Below, one piece after another: positions 9,861-19,368 of a stretch of 64,000 nucleotides of DNA; the stretch's first letter is position 1, and each line of letters starts with the position of its first letter. The position numbers and the translations under genes are program-made. Where the stretch lies: the NCBI GenBank assembly GCA_018671515.1, contig JABHHN010000080.1, positions 21,695 to 85,694 on the forward strand, read 5' to 3'. The notes below the pieces were generated by a model, which saw only the letters and a program-made list of their open reading frames with translations, was not told the DNA's origin and searched no databases. The stretch is from an archaeon. Its GTDB lineage: Archaea; Nanobdellota; Nanobdellia; Woesearchaeales; GW2011-AR15.

Positions 9861-10943
9861 ATGAAAATAATATTTGCTATCAATTCCAATGGACTTGGAC
9901 ATGCAACTAGATGTATTCCATTAATATCTGAATGTATTAAAAAAGGAATGAAAGTGTATATAATTAGCAATTATAGAGCAATGGATTTTCTAAAAGATGA
10001 ATTTAAAAATACTGTTGAAAAATATTTTATTCTTCCTGATTATTCTTTCTCAAAAAAAGTATTTGGTAAAAAAAAAGTTTCTGTGGAAAAATTTCTAATG
10101 TATTTACCTATGTATCTTAATGAATTTAGAAATGAACATAAAAAATTTAAAAAAATTCAAAAAAAATATACCTTTGATATAATTATATCTGATGCTAGAC
10201 CAGGAATATACGATTCAGAAGTTCCTTCATATCTAATAAATCATCATATAAAAATTCCTCTTCAAGGATTCTTGAAATCTAGTAAGTATATTACTGAATT
10301 TGCTTTTTTTGCACTAAAAAATAAATATAAAAAAATACTTATTCCTGATTTTGAAACAAATTCTTTAGCTGGTGAATATACACATGATTTTAATTATTTA
10401 AATGAAGAAGATTATGAATACCTAGGTCTTATTTCTATGATAAATAAAAAACAAAATAAAAAAAAAGACATAGATTATTTTTTCTCTATTTCTGGACCTG
10501 AACCTCAAAGAACAGTGTTTGAAAAAAAAATCATGACAAATATCAAAAAAATACAAGGTAAAATAGTTATTACATTAGGAAAACCTGAAAAATATTTTAA
10601 AAAAAAAGAAGGAAATGTAGAAATATATAGTTTTCTTGATAAAAAAAAACAATCTGAAATGATGTCTCGTGCAAAATTAGTTATAACAAGATCTGGATAT
10701 ACAACTTTAATGGACTTAGCTCAAATAGGACAAAAAGCACTTCTCATACCTACAAAAGGTCAACCAGAACAAGAATATTTAGCAAAATATCATCTTAAAC
10801 AAGGAAATTACTATTTTTCTGAACTTGATGACCTAAACATCCCAAAAGATCTTGAAATAGCAGAAAGGTTCCTTGGATATAAAACTAAGAAAAAAACTAA
10901 AGATGCAACTAAAAAATTTATGGATATAATTCTCAAAAAATAA
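9861..10943 (+). CDS. glycosyltransferase (GT28/MurG-like, UDP-sugar dependent)
   Basis: MKIIFAINSNGLGHATRCIPL N-terminus and a C-terminal ITRSGYTTLMD...P...EQ motif. I prefer ATG 9861 over the track start at 9828. Confidence 0.55.
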   Translation: MKIIFAINSNGLGHATRCIPLISECIKKGMKVYIISNYRAMDFLKDEFKNTVEKYFILPDYSFSKKVFGKKKVSVEKFLMYLPMYLNEFRNEHKKFKKIQKKYTFDIIISDARPGIYDSEVPSYLINHHIKIPLQGFLKSSKYITEFAFFALKNKYKKILIPDFETNSLAGEYTHDFNYLNEEDYEYLGLISMINKKQNKKKDIDYFFSISGPEPQRTVFEKKIMTNIKKIQGKIVITLGKPEKYFKKKEGNVEIYSFLDKKKQSEMMSRAKLVITRSGYTTLMDLAQIGQKALLIPTKGQPEQEYLAKYHLKQGNYYFSELDDLNIPKDLEIAERFLGYKTKKKTKDATKKFMDIILKK

Positions 10944-10969
10944 ATTAGAATAAAATCAATTAAAAAAAA

Positions 10970-11236
10970 CTAAATAATATCTTCTTCAGCTATAACCATA
11001 AAGTCGCCAACTGCAATAACTGCGCTAAATGGTATTAAAATATTGTCTTGTTTATCTTTTTCAAGTTCTAGTTTCATTGTATATGCTGTTGGATTTTTGA
11101 CAGCCATATGAATTAATTCACCAGATCTTGTCTCAAATACAATGTCACCAACCTCTCCAAATCTCTTACCATTTTTGGATACAATTGTTTTTCCTATAAG
11201 CTGTTTTGAAAATTTTTTGTTATCTTCTTCTGACAT
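10970..11236 (-). CDS. PRC-barrel domain protein
   Basis: LIGKTIVSKNGKRFGEVGDIVFETRSGELIHM pattern. ATG 11236 is preceded by an AGGTGAGGG SD, so the track's upstream start falls inside the SD. Confidence 0.6.
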   Translation of the reverse strand: MSEEDNKKFSKQLIGKTIVSKNGKRFGEVGDIVFETRSGELIHMAVKNPTAYTMKLELEKDKQDNILIPFSAVIAVGDFMVIAEEDII

Positions 11237-11328
11237 AGTAACCCTCACCTTTAATAATTTTTATTTTAATATTTTACTCAATGTTTTAGTATATATAAAT
11301 TAACTACTCATTTAAATAATTAGCTTTT

Positions 11329-12144
11329 TTACAGAGAATGGCATTTTTGTTTTAGTTCACAAGAAATACATTTATTTTTATCTTCTACATAGTCTGGAAT
11401 AATTTTAGAATTTAGTAAATTATGTGTCTTATCTTTGATTTCAATTATTTCATCTCTAAAAAAAGGATTCATGTGAACTTTCCTTTTTTCTCCATAATCT
11501 AAATATTTTATATAACCATAATCGATATTTGTATTCATTTTTTCATTTAACATCAACATATATGCTCCAATCTGATATTTATGTCCTAACCAGACTCCTT
11601 CTTGTGGCATTTTTCCTGTTTTTAATTCAATTGGTATCTGTAAACCTTTTTCATGAACTTCTATTTGATCAACTATTCCTCTAAGGCTCAAATTAGTAGA
11701 AAAAATTCTTTTTTCAGATTTTATTTTAGGAGTTAGATTATCCCAAAGAGTTTCTCCAAAATATCCTGTTTTATTTTTATATAAATAAATTTCTTGAGAT
11801 CTATTTATTGATTCTTTTTCTATATATTTCCAATTCAGATTAAATGTGTCTACAAGACCTAAATTTACAGATTTTAAACTTTTTTTATTCTTTTTTACTA
11901 CTTCTTTTAGAAGTGCAAAGTATTTGTATTTGTATTTTTTAAAAATTGAATTCTGAGTTTCATTATTTTGTATGCTTTTTATCAGACTTTCTTCTTCATT
12001 AATTATTGCGTCATATGCATGATGCCTTATTGTTCCTTTAATCATTGCTGCTTTTGGAAATTTCGAAAATTTCAAAACTCTCTCAAGATATAATTTCCTC
12101 GGACAGTATATGTATGAAGACAGCATTGTTACAGATAACATCAT
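11329..12144 (-). CDS. Cas4/RecB-like PD-(D/E)XK nuclease with 4-Cys cluster (stand-alone)
   Basis: N-terminal YCPRKLYL Cys, a D..E.K core (VDQIEV...IELKTGK), a QIGAYMLML (QxxxY) motif and a C-terminal CISCELKQKC. Confidence 0.65.
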   Translation of the reverse strand: MMLSVTMLSSYIYCPRKLYLERVLKFSKFPKAAMIKGTIRHHAYDAIINEEESLIKSIQNNETQNSIFKKYKYKYFALLKEVVKKNKKSLKSVNLGLVDTFNLNWKYIEKESINRSQEIYLYKNKTGYFGETLWDNLTPKIKSEKRIFSTNLSLRGIVDQIEVHEKGLQIPIELKTGKMPQEGVWLGHKYQIGAYMLMLNEKMNTNIDYGYIKYLDYGEKRKVHMNPFFRDEIIEIKDKTHNLLNSKIIPDYVEDKNKCISCELKQKCHSL

Positions 12145-12250
12145 TTTAGTTAATTAAAATAAAAAATTCTATTTAAATAGGTTGGGTTAGAATGTCCAGT
12201 GGTTGGAAGCTATCATAAAAATTAAATAATCAAACATTAATCTATTTAAT

Positions 12251-12544
12251 ATGAAATTAGAATTATTTAAACCAACTAAATCTAAAACAATTATTACTCT
12301 TATCGTACTTGTTCTATGGTATTTTATTATTGGTGTGTTTTTTCGTCCAATGTGTAAATGTGCAGTTGGAGGTTTTGAAGGTTGTGTAAATTATGATTAT
12401 TTGGCATTAGTTCATCCTCATTGTCATTGTTCATGTATTAGTTTAAGTACTGCAATATTTTCAAATATAATATTTATCTTGCCTCCTATTTTATTTTACA
12501 TCATTTATTCATTTATTGAATATAATAAAACAAAGAAAAATTAA
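12251..12544 (+). CDS. small Cys-rich membrane protein
   Basis: 97 aa with TM segments at both ends and a central CKCAVGGFEGC...HPHCHCSC. No recognised family. Confidence 0.4.
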   Translation: MKLELFKPTKSKTIITLIVLVLWYFIIGVFFRPMCKCAVGGFEGCVNYDYLALVHPHCHCSCISLSTAIFSNIIFILPPILFYIIYSFIEYNKTKKN

Positions 12545-12569
12545 TATTATTTTTATCAAATAAAAAAAA

Positions 12570-13112
12570 TTACTTTGTGGGCAAAGCACCATATAACATT
12601 TTAATTGTTTCTCTAATAACTTTAATTTGTTTTTCTGGAGATTCATGACCTTCTCCTGAAAATTTCAAGTTATTTATTATAAATCCATAAGTTGTAGGTT
12701 CAAATCTATTATAATCTATATTTAAGCCAAAACAAATATTTTTTTCTTCTCTTTCATTATCTAATTGTTTTCCATTGTATATTATTTGCATTCCTGATAT
12801 TTGATAACTTACTTTGATCTCACCTATCTTTCTTGCTTTATTTTCAGATCTTGAACTTTCATACAAATCAAATAAAAAATATTTCATATTTTCCCCTGAA
12901 TTGTCTCGTCTAGCACCATCTATTAAATTTACTAAACCTTGTTTTTCAGATGATTCATATAAAACAGGGGCCTCATATTTCTGTACTTTTCCATCAATGG
13001 GTTCTTGCTCTATTAATCCGAAAGAAAATTTATAAGGCTTATCTTCTGAAACACTTAATATATCTTCTAAAAAATATCCAATTGCTTCTTTTACAGGAAC
13101 TTTATCTGTCAT
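12570..13112 (-). CDS. hypothetical protein
   Basis: 180-aa ORF with normal, non-low-complexity composition. No family recognised. Confidence 0.5.
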   Translation of the reverse strand: MTDKVPVKEAIGYFLEDILSVSEDKPYKFSFGLIEQEPIDGKVQKYEAPVLYESSEKQGLVNLIDGARRDNSGENMKYFLFDLYESSRSENKARKIGEIKVSYQISGMQIIYNGKQLDNEREEKNICFGLNIDYNRFEPTTYGFIINNLKFSGEGHESPEKQIKVIRETIKMLYGALPTK

Positions 13113-13237
13113 AAAAAAAGAATAAAAATAATATATTTAAATATTTACTATTTTACAGTAATGAATTTATCCTTCAATAATTAAAATATTGTATACAAAA
13201 TTAAAAATAGAATTTAAGATTTATTCTCCCACGTTAA

Positions 13238-13248
13238 TTTTATATATA
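13238..13248 (+). promoter_or_regulatory. TATA-like box for a leaderless transcript starting at the leader ORF
   Basis: TTTATATATAA is centred about 28 nt upstream of ATG 13271. cdc6 shows the same geometry (TTTTTAAACC about 27 nt before ATG 47789). Confidence 0.3.
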
Positions 13249-13270
13249 ACTTAACAATTACATAAACCCT

Positions 13271-13360
13271 ATGTATAGCAATATCGAGCATATGAACTTG
13301 AATTTTGAGAATAAGTTAGATGCATTTACATTTTGGTTTACATATTTCTTTTTTTATTAA
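13271..13360 (+). CDS. candidate aromatic-rich leader peptide (29 aa) of the aromatic amino-acid operon
   Basis: Hand translation gives MYSNIEHMNLNFENKLDAFTFWFTYFFFY-stop. Nine of the last 11 codons are Phe/Trp/Tyr. It lies in a ~380-bp gap 5' of the first pathway gene. Confidence 0.4.
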   Translation: MYSNIEHMNLNFENKLDAFTFWFTYFFFY

Positions 13361-13432
13361 CGGTCTGGTTAAGATTAACAAAAATCTTGCAAGATGTTAA
13401 AAATTTAAATTTTTAATTTCTAAACCGGACCG
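13361..13432 (+). promoter_or_regulatory. stem-loop immediately 3' of the leader ORF stop
   Basis: CGGTCTGGTT (13361-13370) pairs with AACCGGACCG (13423-13432) as 10 bp with 6 G-C pairs and 1 G.U. It is the only GC-rich element in the gap and encloses mutually exclusive small AT hairpins. Confidence 0.45.
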
Positions 13433-13491
13433 ACGCAACGATATTAGTTATTCTAAATTTTATAAAAAAATAAGAACACTTGGGTGAAAAA

Positions 13492-14511
13492 ATGATAATT
13501 GTAATGAAACCAAATACAGTAAAAGAAAACATAGATAAAGTAATCAAAAAAATTGAAGACAATGGACTTAAATCAGTTCCATTATTCGGTACTGAAAAGA
13601 CAGTCATAGCAGTCATTGGAGATTCTAGAAAATATGCAGTTGAAGGATGGAAAGCAATGATTGGTGTTGAGAGTGTCACAAAAATCCTAAAACCATACAA
13701 ACTTGCAAGTAGAAGCCATAATCCAAAAGGTACAATTATAAAAGTTGATGATGTAGAAATTGGAAATGGTAAATTTATAGTCATGGCAGGACCATGTTCA
13801 ATTGAAAGTGAAGAACAAATTATGGAATCTGCAAAAATATTAAAAGATCGAGGAATAAAAATACTTCGAGCTTCTGCATTCAAACCAAGATCTTCTCCTT
13901 ATGCTTTTCAAGGAATGGGTATTGAAGGTCTAAAATTATTAAAAAAAGTAAAAGATGAAACTGGATTAATTGTTGAAACAGAAGTTATGGATGTTCGTGA
14001 TGTAAAGATTGCTGCTGAATATGTTGACATATTAAGAGTTGGTGCAAGAAATATGCAGAATTTTGATCTTCTAAAAGAACTAGGAAGAATAAAAAAACCT
14101 GTAATCTTAAAACGTGGATTAAGTGCTACAATTGATGAATTCATAATGGCTGCAGAATATATACTTTCTGAAGGGAATCCAAATGTCATATTCTGTGAAA
14201 GAGGAATTAGAACTTTTGAGACAAAAGCATATAGAAATACAATGGATATTGCTGCTGTACCTGTACTAAAAAAATTAACACATTTACCAGTAATTGTTGA
14301 TCCAAGTCATGCTGCAGGAAATAGAGAATTAGTATTACCTCTTAGTAAAGCTGCTGCTGCAATTGGTGCTGATGGAATTTTAGTTGAAGTACATCCTAAT
14401 CCTGCACAAGCAATAAGTGATGGAGCGCAAAGCTTATATCCTGAACAGTTTGATGAATTATTAGAAGGTATAAAACCAATATGTAAAGCTGTAGGAAAAG
14501 AGATATCATGA
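13492..14511 (+). CDS. aroF: 3-deoxy-7-phosphoheptulonate (DAHP) synthase, type I-beta with N-terminal regulatory domain
   Basis: N-terminal ferredoxin-like/ACT-like domain (MIIVMKPNT...) followed by a KDO8PS-like barrel (MAGPCSIES, KPRSSPYAFQG, GARNMQNF, DPSHA). ATG 13492 follows a GGTGA SD. Confidence 0.85.
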   Translation: MIIVMKPNTVKENIDKVIKKIEDNGLKSVPLFGTEKTVIAVIGDSRKYAVEGWKAMIGVESVTKILKPYKLASRSHNPKGTIIKVDDVEIGNGKFIVMAGPCSIESEEQIMESAKILKDRGIKILRASAFKPRSSPYAFQGMGIEGLKLLKKVKDETGLIVETEVMDVRDVKIAAEYVDILRVGARNMQNFDLLKELGRIKKPVILKRGLSATIDEFIMAAEYILSEGNPNVIFCERGIRTFETKAYRNTMDIAAVPVLKKLTHLPVIVDPSHAAGNRELVLPLSKAAAAIGADGILVEVHPNPAQAISDGAQSLYPEQFDELLEGIKPICKAVGKEIS

Positions 14512-15611
14512 AAATAAAAGTTGACTTAAAAAAAGAAATTGATGATTCCTATAATATAAGTATAGGAAAAAATCTTTTTTCTCAAATTTTATCTTTTTTA
14601 AAAGAGAGAAAAGAAATTGGAAAGATAGCTATAATTACTGATGACAATGTAAAAAAATTACATGGAATACAATTAAAAGAAAATTTAGAAAAAGAAGGAA
14701 TTTTATGTTATCTAATTTCTTTTAATCATGGAGAAAAAAACAAAAATAGAAAAACAAAACAAAAACTAGAAGATTCGCTTCTTGATTTGGGTTTTGGACG
14801 TGACTCTCTTTTGATTTCTCTAGGTGGAGGAGTTGTTGGTGATATGACTGGATTTGTTGCTTCAACACTAAATAGAGGAATTCCATATATACAGATTCCA
14901 ACAACATTACTTTCAATGATTGATAGTTCTGTTGGTGGAAAAACAGGAGTTGACACAAAACAGGGGAAAAACCTTATTGGGACATTCCATCAACCAGAAG
15001 CAGTATTCATAGATATCAATTATTTAAACACTTTACCACAAAAAGAATTCATAAATGGAATGGCAGAACAAATAAAACATTCTATAATCTCTGATTTAGA
15101 TTTGTTTAGTTTCATAGAACAAAATTTGGATTCTATATTAAAAAAAGAAGAAAAAACATTGTTGAAATGCATAACCAAAAGTTGTAAAATAAAATCTAAA
15201 ATAGTTAATCTAGATGAAAAAGAATCTGATGGAATAAGACAAATATTAAATTTTGGTCACACAATTGGTCATGTTATTGAAAAAGAATCTAAATTTAAAA
15301 TACCACATGGATTTGCAATATCTATAGGTATGTCAGTAGAAGCAAAAATTGCAAATGAATTAGGATTAATTGATAAATTAAGTATTGAAAAAATTGATTC
15401 GTTATTGAAAAGAACAAGACTTTTTATTAAAGTTCCAAAAGAAATTTCTACAAATAATATTATGAAGAGTCTATCTCTTGATAAAAAATCTAAAAAAGGT
15501 ATCCCTAAATTTATTCTAATAAGTGGAATAGGAAAAGTAAAAAATAAACCTAATTATTCACATTTTGTAGATGAAAAAATAATAATTAAATCAATAAATG
15601 ATTCAAAATGA
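14508..15611 (+). CDS. aroB: 3-dehydroquinate synthase
   Basis: GGGVVGDMTGFVAST...IQIPTTLLSMIDSSVGGKTGV. ATGA overlap with the upstream gene. Confidence 0.9.
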   Translation: MKIKVDLKKEIDDSYNISIGKNLFSQILSFLKERKEIGKIAIITDDNVKKLHGIQLKENLEKEGILCYLISFNHGEKNKNRKTKQKLEDSLLDLGFGRDSLLISLGGGVVGDMTGFVASTLNRGIPYIQIPTTLLSMIDSSVGGKTGVDTKQGKNLIGTFHQPEAVFIDINYLNTLPQKEFINGMAEQIKHSIISDLDLFSFIEQNLDSILKKEEKTLLKCITKSCKIKSKIVNLDEKESDGIRQILNFGHTIGHVIEKESKFKIPHGFAISIGMSVEAKIANELGLIDKLSIEKIDSLLKRTRLFIKVPKEISTNNIMKSLSLDKKSKKGIPKFILISGIGKVKNKPNYSHFVDEKIIIKSINDSK

Positions 15612-16891
15612 AAACTTACGAAATAATTCCAATAAAAGAATTGAATGCTGAAATAGAAATACCTGGAAATAAATATATTGCTAATAGGTTATTGATAATT
15701 GCTTCTCTTGCAAAAGGAAAATCAATCTTGAAAAATCTTCCTGACAACCAAGACATAAATAATGCCATTAATGTAATACAAAAATTTGGAATCAAAATTG
15801 AAAAAAATGGAAATGACTTAGTGATTTATGGTAACGGCGGTGAATTAAAAACACCTAATGAAGAAGTAAATGTAGGTGAATCTGGGACTTTCATGAGATT
15901 CATAACTGGTTTTTCAACTCTAATCAAAGGAAATGTTAAAATTACTGGTGAAAATAAGATTAAAGAAAGACCAATTAAAGAATTATTAGATGCATTCTGT
16001 GATTTAGGTGTTAATGCAAAATCTTTAAATGATATATACCCACCTATTGAAATAAATAGTAATGGACTTGCTGGTGGAAAAATAAAAATTCCTGGAAACA
16101 TTTCCAGTCAATATATCAGTTCAATTCTTTTAGTTGCACCATATGCAAATTCAGATGTAGAAATTGAAATTACAATTCCACTTGTATCAAAAAAGTTTGT
16201 TGATTTGACAATCGATTGTATGGAAAAATTTGGTGTAGTTGTAGAAGAAAAAGAGGATTATAAAAAATTTATAATCAAATCTGGCCAAAGATACAAACCA
16301 AAAGAATATACAATACCTTCAGACTGGGCTTCTGCAAGCTATTTCTTTGCATTAGCTGCTATTTTACCTGGTTCAATAAAAGTTATGAATCTTGATTTAA
16401 AATCTCCGCAAGGAGAATCTGAATTTCCAGATCTTCTTGTAAATATGGGTTGCATGTATAGAAGAAATCATAAATGGCTTCAAATAACAGGTCTTGGAAA
16501 TCTTAGAGGAATAAATATTGATATGTCTGATATGCCTGATGTAGTCCAAACTCTAACAATCGTTGCTGCTTTTTGTAAAGGAACTACCACTATAAGAAAT
16601 ATTGAACATTTAAAATATAAAGAAAGCGATAGAGTAAAAGATACTGCAGAAGAATTAAAAAAATTAGGTATTGATGTAGAATATAATGAAAATGAAATAA
16701 AAATTACTGGTGGAAATATTTCTCCTACAATTATTGATTCTCATAATGATCATAGAATGGCTATGTCTTTTGCTATCGCTGGACTAAAAGTTCCTGGAAT
16801 TAAAATCACGAATCCTGATTGTGTTTCAAAATCATTTCCTGGATTCTGGAATAAATTAAAAGAAATTGGAGCTGAAATAAAAAGTGTCTAA
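15608..16891 (+). CDS. aroA: 3-phosphoshikimate 1-carboxyvinyltransferase (EPSP synthase)
   Basis: 427 aa with IANRLLIIASLAKG, ESGTFMRF and DHRMAMSFAIAGL motifs. Confidence 0.9.
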   Translation: MKTYEIIPIKELNAEIEIPGNKYIANRLLIIASLAKGKSILKNLPDNQDINNAINVIQKFGIKIEKNGNDLVIYGNGGELKTPNEEVNVGESGTFMRFITGFSTLIKGNVKITGENKIKERPIKELLDAFCDLGVNAKSLNDIYPPIEINSNGLAGGKIKIPGNISSQYISSILLVAPYANSDVEIEITIPLVSKKFVDLTIDCMEKFGVVVEEKEDYKKFIIKSGQRYKPKEYTIPSDWASASYFFALAAILPGSIKVMNLDLKSPQGESEFPDLLVNMGCMYRRNHKWLQITGLGNLRGINIDMSDMPDVVQTLTIVAAFCKGTTTIRNIEHLKYKESDRVKDTAEELKKLGIDVEYNENEIKITGGNISPTIIDSHNDHRMAMSFAIAGLKVPGIKITNPDCVSKSFPGFWNKLKEIGAEIKSV

Positions 16892-16895
16892 AGAA

Positions 16896-17372
16896 ATGGC
16901 AAATGCCATAATAAAAAAAGGCGATAAAATACTTATCATAAAAAGAAGTGATATTCCGATTTGGGAATTTCCATCTGGAAAAAAAGAAAATAATGAAACA
17001 TTCAAACAAGCAGCAATTAGAGAAACAAAAGAAGAAACAGGACTTGTTGTAGAAATTGAATATGAACTTGGAAAATATGAAAATAAATTATTATTTAGAA
17101 ATGTCATAAGTAAAACATTTGTATGCAAAATAAAAAGTGGAAAAATAACAAAAAATAGAGAAGTTATAGATTTCAAATTTGTAGATCCAAAAAAATTACC
17201 AAGTGATTTTGGATTTTGGTTAAAATCTACAACTAATGATTTTATAAAAAATAAAAAAAATGTTAATATAAAACAAAAATTTGGATTAATCACATGTTTT
17301 AAGTTCTTAATAAAAAATCCTCATTTTAGTTTTTATCCATTTTCAATATTAAAAAATTTAATCCGAAACTAA
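16896..17372 (+). CDS. NUDIX hydrolase
   Basis: Nudix box GKKENNETFKQAAIRETKEETGL. The start is ATG 16896, or alternatively GTG 16884. Confidence 0.75.
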   Translation: MANAIIKKGDKILIIKRSDIPIWEFPSGKKENNETFKQAAIRETKEETGLVVEIEYELGKYENKLLFRNVISKTFVCKIKSGKITKNREVIDFKFVDPKKLPSDFGFWLKSTTNDFIKNKKNVNIKQKFGLITCFKFLIKNPHFSFYPFSILKNLIRN

Positions 17373-17374
17373 AA

Positions 17375-17884
17375 ATGAAAAATATTTATTTAATAGGGTA
17401 TAGAGCAACTGGAAAATCTACTGTCTCTAATATAATAAAAGAAAAACTAGGAAAAGAAGTCATACATATGGATGATGAATTAATAAAAAAGATTGGAGAA
17501 ATAGGTAAATTTGTATCTATTAATGGATGGGATGCATTTAGAGATGAAGAATCAAAATTATTGAAAGAAATATCAAAAAAAAACAATATAATTATTGATT
17601 GTGGTGGAGGTATAATTGTCAGAGATAAAAATATTGAACTGATTAAAAAAACAGGAATTTGTTTTTGGTTAAAAGCATCAGCATCTACCATTGCTAAAAG
17701 ATTAAAATCTGATAAAAAAATTATCAGACCTTCATTAACACAAACAAAATCAACAATAGATGAAATTAAAGAAGTATTGAATAAAAGAATTCCTCTATAT
17801 GAAAAAACATCAAATTATCAAATTGATACTGAAAATAAAAGTATTGGAAAAATTACTGATGAAATTATGGAGTTGCTAAAATGA
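17375..17884 (+). CDS. aroK: shikimate kinase, bacterial P-loop (AroK/AroL) type
   Basis: MKNIYLIGYRATGKSTV Walker A, ~170 aa, CGGG motif (IIDCGGGII). Confidence 0.85.
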   Translation: MKNIYLIGYRATGKSTVSNIIKEKLGKEVIHMDDELIKKIGEIGKFVSINGWDAFRDEESKLLKEISKKNNIIIDCGGGIIVRDKNIELIKKTGICFWLKASASTIAKRLKSDKKIIRPSLTQTKSTIDEIKEVLNKRIPLYEKTSNYQIDTENKSIGKITDEIMELLK

Positions 17885-19368
17885 CAAGAATTTGTATTCC
17901 TATTGTAGCAGAAACTATAGATAATTTCATAAAAGATATAAAAAAGGCAGAAATTTTAAGTGACTTAATTGAACTAAGAATTGATTATATTAAAGATTTT
18001 AAAATTGATAAACTTGAAAAACTGATTAAAAATTGTACTAAAGATTTTATTATTACTTGTAGACCAAAAAATAATGGTGGTAAATTTGAAGGTAATGAAA
18101 AAGAAAGAATTTCTATTCTTGAAAAAGCAATTGATTTAGAATGTCCATTTATTGATTTAGAAATAGAAACTGAAAATAAAACTATATTAAACTTAATCAA
18201 TAAAAAACAGAAAACAAAAATTATCCTATCTTACCATGATTTCAAAAAAACTAATTCTCTCAAAAAACTAAAGATAAAATATGATGAAATGAACTCTTAT
18301 TTTCCTGATTTTTTAAAAATTGTAACTTATGCAAATTCTATAAATGATAATTTTAATATATTTAGTTTGTTAAATGAAAAATCAAATCTAATATCTTTCT
18401 GTATGGGAATAAGAGGTCATATTTCAAGAATATTAACTGCAAAATATGGTTCATATATTTCATATGTTTGTTTAGAAGAAGGAAAGGAATCTGCAGATGG
18501 ACAGATAAGTGCAAAATATATTGAAGATGTATATAATTTTTCATCTATTAATAAAGAAACAAAAGTTCTTGGTGTGTTAGGTAGTGTTGCAGAAAACTCA
18601 AAATCTAAATTCATGCATAATGCTAATTTCAAAAAGAAGAAACTAAATTTTATTTATATACCATTTAAAGTAAGAAAAGAAGAATTAAAAGAACTTATTA
18701 AAAATTTTAAAATTTTTGAATTCAGAGGTGGAGCTGTCACTATTCCACATAAAGAAGACATTATGCAATATTTTAATAATATTGATAATACTGCAAAAAT
18801 TATTGGAGCTACAAATACTTTTGTAAATGATAATAGTATTTTTAGTGGACATAATACTGATTATTATGGAGCAGAACATGCACTAAAAGAAATCACAAAA
18901 TTAAAAGATAAAAAAATTCTTGTAATAGGTGCAGGTGGAGCTGCAAGATCTTTATGTTATGTTCTAAATAAAGAAAAATCAAATTTTACAATAATAAACA
19001 GAACATACGAAAAAGCTAAATTACTTGCAGATGAATTCAATGGTTCTTGTTCTAAATTTAAAGAATTAAAAAAAGAAATTAATAATAATGATATAATAAT
19101 TAATACAACTAGTGTTGGGATGAATCCAAACAATAATGAATGTATTATTGAGGAGAAAATATTTCCAAAAAATAAAATAATAATGGATATGGTTTACAAT
19201 CCTATTGAAACTGTCCTTATTAAATTAGCAAATAAAAATAATTGTACAATTATTACCGGAGATAGAATGCTTGCTTATCAAGCAATTGGACAATTCAAAC
19301 TTTGGACAGGAGTTGATCCTGATTTTGATTTAATGCAAAAGGCTTTGCTGGAGCATTTAGATGAATGA
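17881..19368 (+). CDS. bifunctional type I 3-dehydroquinate dehydratase / shikimate 5-dehydrogenase (AroD-AroE fusion)
   Basis: 495 aa. The N-terminal half is AroD-like (ELRIDY..., SYHDF). The C-terminal half is AroE-like (VLGSVAENSKS, NTD..G, VIGAGGAARS Rossmann, MVYNP). Confidence 0.85.
   Translation: MTRICIPIVAETIDNFIKDIKKAEILSDLIELRIDYIKDFKIDKLEKLIKNCTKDFIITCRPKNNGGKFEGNEKERISILEKAIDLECPFIDLEIETENKTILNLINKKQKTKIILSYHDFKKTNSLKKLKIKYDEMNSYFPDFLKIVTYANSINDNFNIFSLLNEKSNLISFCMGIRGHISRILTAKYGSYISYVCLEEGKESADGQISAKYIEDVYNFSSINKETKVLGVLGSVAENSKSKFMHNANFKKKKLNFIYIPFKVRKEELKELIKNFKIFEFRGGAVTIPHKEDIMQYFNNIDNTAKIIGATNTFVNDNSIFSGHNTDYYGAEHALKEITKLKDKKILVIGAGGAARSLCYVLNKEKSNFTIINRTYEKAKLLADEFNGSCSKFKELKKEINNNDIIINTTSVGMNPNNNECIIEEKIFPKNKIIMDMVYNPIETVLIKLANKNNCTIITGDRMLAYQAIGQFKLWTGVDPDFDLMQKALLEHLDE

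Noticed and set aside
13413-13883. 156-aa minus-strand ORF spanning the operon leader region and the DAHP synthase start
   Set aside because: It is antisense to the conserved DAHP synthase, has hydrophobic shadow-ORF composition, and would run through the stem-loop and SD region.
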